From contig NC_135804.1 in the NCBI RefSeq assembly GCF_964213995.1, forward strand, positions 112,468,001 to 112,532,000: DNA of 64,000 nucleotides, given 5' to 3'. Shown one piece after another: positions 61,706-64,000 of the stretch. Under the pieces are notes generated by a model. It was not told where the DNA came from. It saw only the letters and a program-made list of their open reading frames with translations, and did not search any database. Both the position numbers and the translations under genes were made by a program. Within the stretch, counting starts at the first letter, position 1. Each line of letters starts with the position of its first letter. Origin of the DNA: Mustelus asterias (lineage: Eukaryota).

Positions 61706-62624
61706 AATAGGTGAGAAAACGAGAAGTTTTCTCGCTGGTTTTTCAGCGAGGTAGGTAATGGTAATTTACGTGATTCTGTGCAAAAAGAGGTTGTAATGTG
61801 AATCTCGCCAATAGGGGGAGGGGAGGAGTCCCAGCTCGCCTGTGAGGCCAGCACTGAGCTCTAGGGGCACCATTACACAGGCCACCGATCTCCCAGTATA
61901 TTGTATACATAGTATACTGGAAGATGTGTCACTAATCCCCCAACGGACACCCCCCCCCCCCCCCAATCGCCACTCCACTGATTGCCCCCCCAGATCACCA
62001 TACCAGCCAATCACCTCCCCCCAGATCATCACGCCGGCCCTTTGGTTGATACCGATACCCACCCTCCCCCCATTGCCGGCCCAGCCCATTCTCCCCCCCC
62101 TCCCGGATCACCACTCCAACCCACCCCCCACCCGATCGCCCACCCCCTGCAGAGTTTCTACCTTTCTTCCCCTCCTGCGGACCTCCCCTCGACATCCCAC
62201 CTCTGCCTATCCCCATCAGGTTTCCCCCGCTCCCTTAGCACTGCCAGGGTGCCTGGTTGGCAGTGCCAGGTGCCAGGCTGGCACTGTCCCATGGGCACTG
62301 CCCAGCCCTGCTCCTGACCATCCAGCAGGGTTCAATGGCCTGTGACCCGATTCACATCTGGTCTTCGCTGGTGGGGACCATCTGTGATCCTCGCTGGTGA
62401 GGACATCAACCAGTGAGGAGACTAAGATAAGTGAGCCTGGACAATTGTGTCCCAGGCTCGTTAATGACATTTTAAGCATGTCATTAATATTTAAATCAGT
62501 CTCGTGCTCCTTCGCATGCAAAACGGTGCCGTTAAGGTTGTAAGAGACGAGAAACTGGGGGCGAGCCAATTTTTTGTCTCTCTCCCTATCTTACCAGCTC
62601 GCCGTGCCGATAAGATCATGCCCC
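61706..62624. mobile_element. Harbinger-like non-autonomous remnant
   Basis: GC-rich body homologous in style to 34379-35930; right end TAAGATCATGCCCC; left TIR missing. Confidence 0.55.
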
Positions 62625-62659
62625 ACATTTCTCAGAAAATTGATCAGATAACTTTGTGA

Positions 62660-64000
62660 ATTCTGGCAGGTAAGATGAGGGAGAATTACAAGACATTCTA
62701 TAAGTATATAAAGGAAAGAGGATAGCCAGGGAAAGAGTAGAGCTCATTCAGGACCAAGGAGGCAATCTGTGCGTGGAGCCAGAGGACATTGTTCGGCTGT
62801 TAAACTAATACTTCACATCTGTCTTCATTTAGGAGAAGGAGGACATAGATACAGAATTTGGAGAGAGGGACTATGAGGTTCTTGAACAGTTTGACATAGG
62901 GAGTGAGGGGGTATTGGAGGATTTGGCAAGTTTAAAAGTGGACAAATCCCCAGGTCTGGGTGAGTTGTATCCCAAGCTGCTGTGGGAGGCAAGGGAGGAA
63001 ATTACAGAGGCTCTGACCCAAATTTTCAATTCCTCTCTGGCCATGGGGGTACCCAGTCCAACGCCGGCATCTCCACATCGTGGGGTACATGCCAGAGAAC
63101 TGTAGGACAGTTAATGTGGTTCCACCTTCAAGAAGGGTGGTAGAGATAAACCAGGGAACTACAGACCACGTAGTCTCACATCAGTGGTAGGGAAACTACT
63201 GGAGAAAATTCTGAAGGAGAAAATGAATCTCCAATTGGAGGGGTAAGGTTTGATCAGGGATAGTCAACTCGGCTTTGTCAGGGAAAGGTCAACTTAATAA
63301 TTTTTCAAGGAGGTGATCGGGTGTGTTGATGAGGATAGTGTAGCCAATGTAGTTTATATGGATTTCAGCAAATCCTTTGACAAGGTCCCATATGGGAGAT
63401 TGATAAAGATAAAAACACATAGGTTCCAGGGTAACTTGGCAAGATGGATCCAAAACTAGCGTAGTGGTAGGAAACAGAGGCTGGTAGAAGGCTGTTTATG
63501 TAACTGGAGGCCAGTAACTGGAGGCAGCTGGAATACTGTGTGCAGTATTGGTCCCCTTATTTGCGGAAGGATATATTGGCCTTGGAGGGAGTGCAGAGCA
63601 GGTTCACCAGGTTGATATCAGAGATGAGGGGTGTTGACTATGAGGAGAGACTGAGCAGATTGGGTTTGTATTCGTTGGAATTTAGAAGGCTGAGGGAGGA
63701 TCTTATGGAGACCTATAAGATAATGAAGGGGCTGGATAGGGTAGAGATGGAGAGATTCTTTCCACTTAGAAAGGAAACTAGAACTAGAGGGCACAGCCTC
63801 AAAATAAAGGGGGGTCAGTTTAGGACAGAGTTGAGGAGGAACTTCTTCTCTCAGAGGGTGGTGAATCTCTGGAATTCTCTGCCCACTGAAGTGGTGGAGG
63901 CTACCTCGTTGAATATGTTTAAATCACGGATAGATGGATTCCTGATCGGTAAGGGAATTAGGGATTATAGGGATCAGGCGGGTAAGTGGAACTGATCCAC
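62660..64000 (+). mobile_element. CR1 ORF2 fragments (internal deletion or chimera at ~63525)
   Basis: LKVDKSPGLGELYPKLL and DFSKSFDKVP, then ORF 63540..63995 encoding the CR1 C-terminus. Confidence 0.92.

Overview
Eukaryotic, repeat-dominated window, almost certainly from a cartilaginous fish (shark). The evidence is HE1-type SINEs, HER1/CR1 LINEs, DeuSINE remnants and shark-style Penelope ends; the species cannot be fixed from sequence alone. I found no convincing host protein-coding exon chain, tRNA/rRNA gene or CRISPR array, so it looks like a large intron or gene desert. Nearly all long ORFs are transposon fragments: CR1 (RT, endonuclease, esterase ORF1), Rex1/Babar, L2, an ORF1-only L1, two decayed Gypsy internals, solo LTRs with 4-bp TSDs, PIF/Harbinger-like non-autonomous elements with 3-bp TSDs, and Penelope-derived inserts with 12-13 bp TSDs. 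The most interesting signals are: (1) minimal hammerhead-ribozyme motifs in the Penelope ends, including a palindromic mini-element with four identical 77-bp hammerhead repeats and a U3:A8 compensatory variant; (2) an optional ~470-bp, strongly base-paired module in the 3' UTR of a young CR1, absent from a near-identical sister copy; (3) three diverged Myb/SANT gene relics sharing promoter motifs and a splice donor; (4) one SINE head carrying two different LINE-type tails; (5) a HAL1-like ORF1-only L1. All family names come from recognising motifs by eye, not from database searches, and boundaries without TSDs are approximate.
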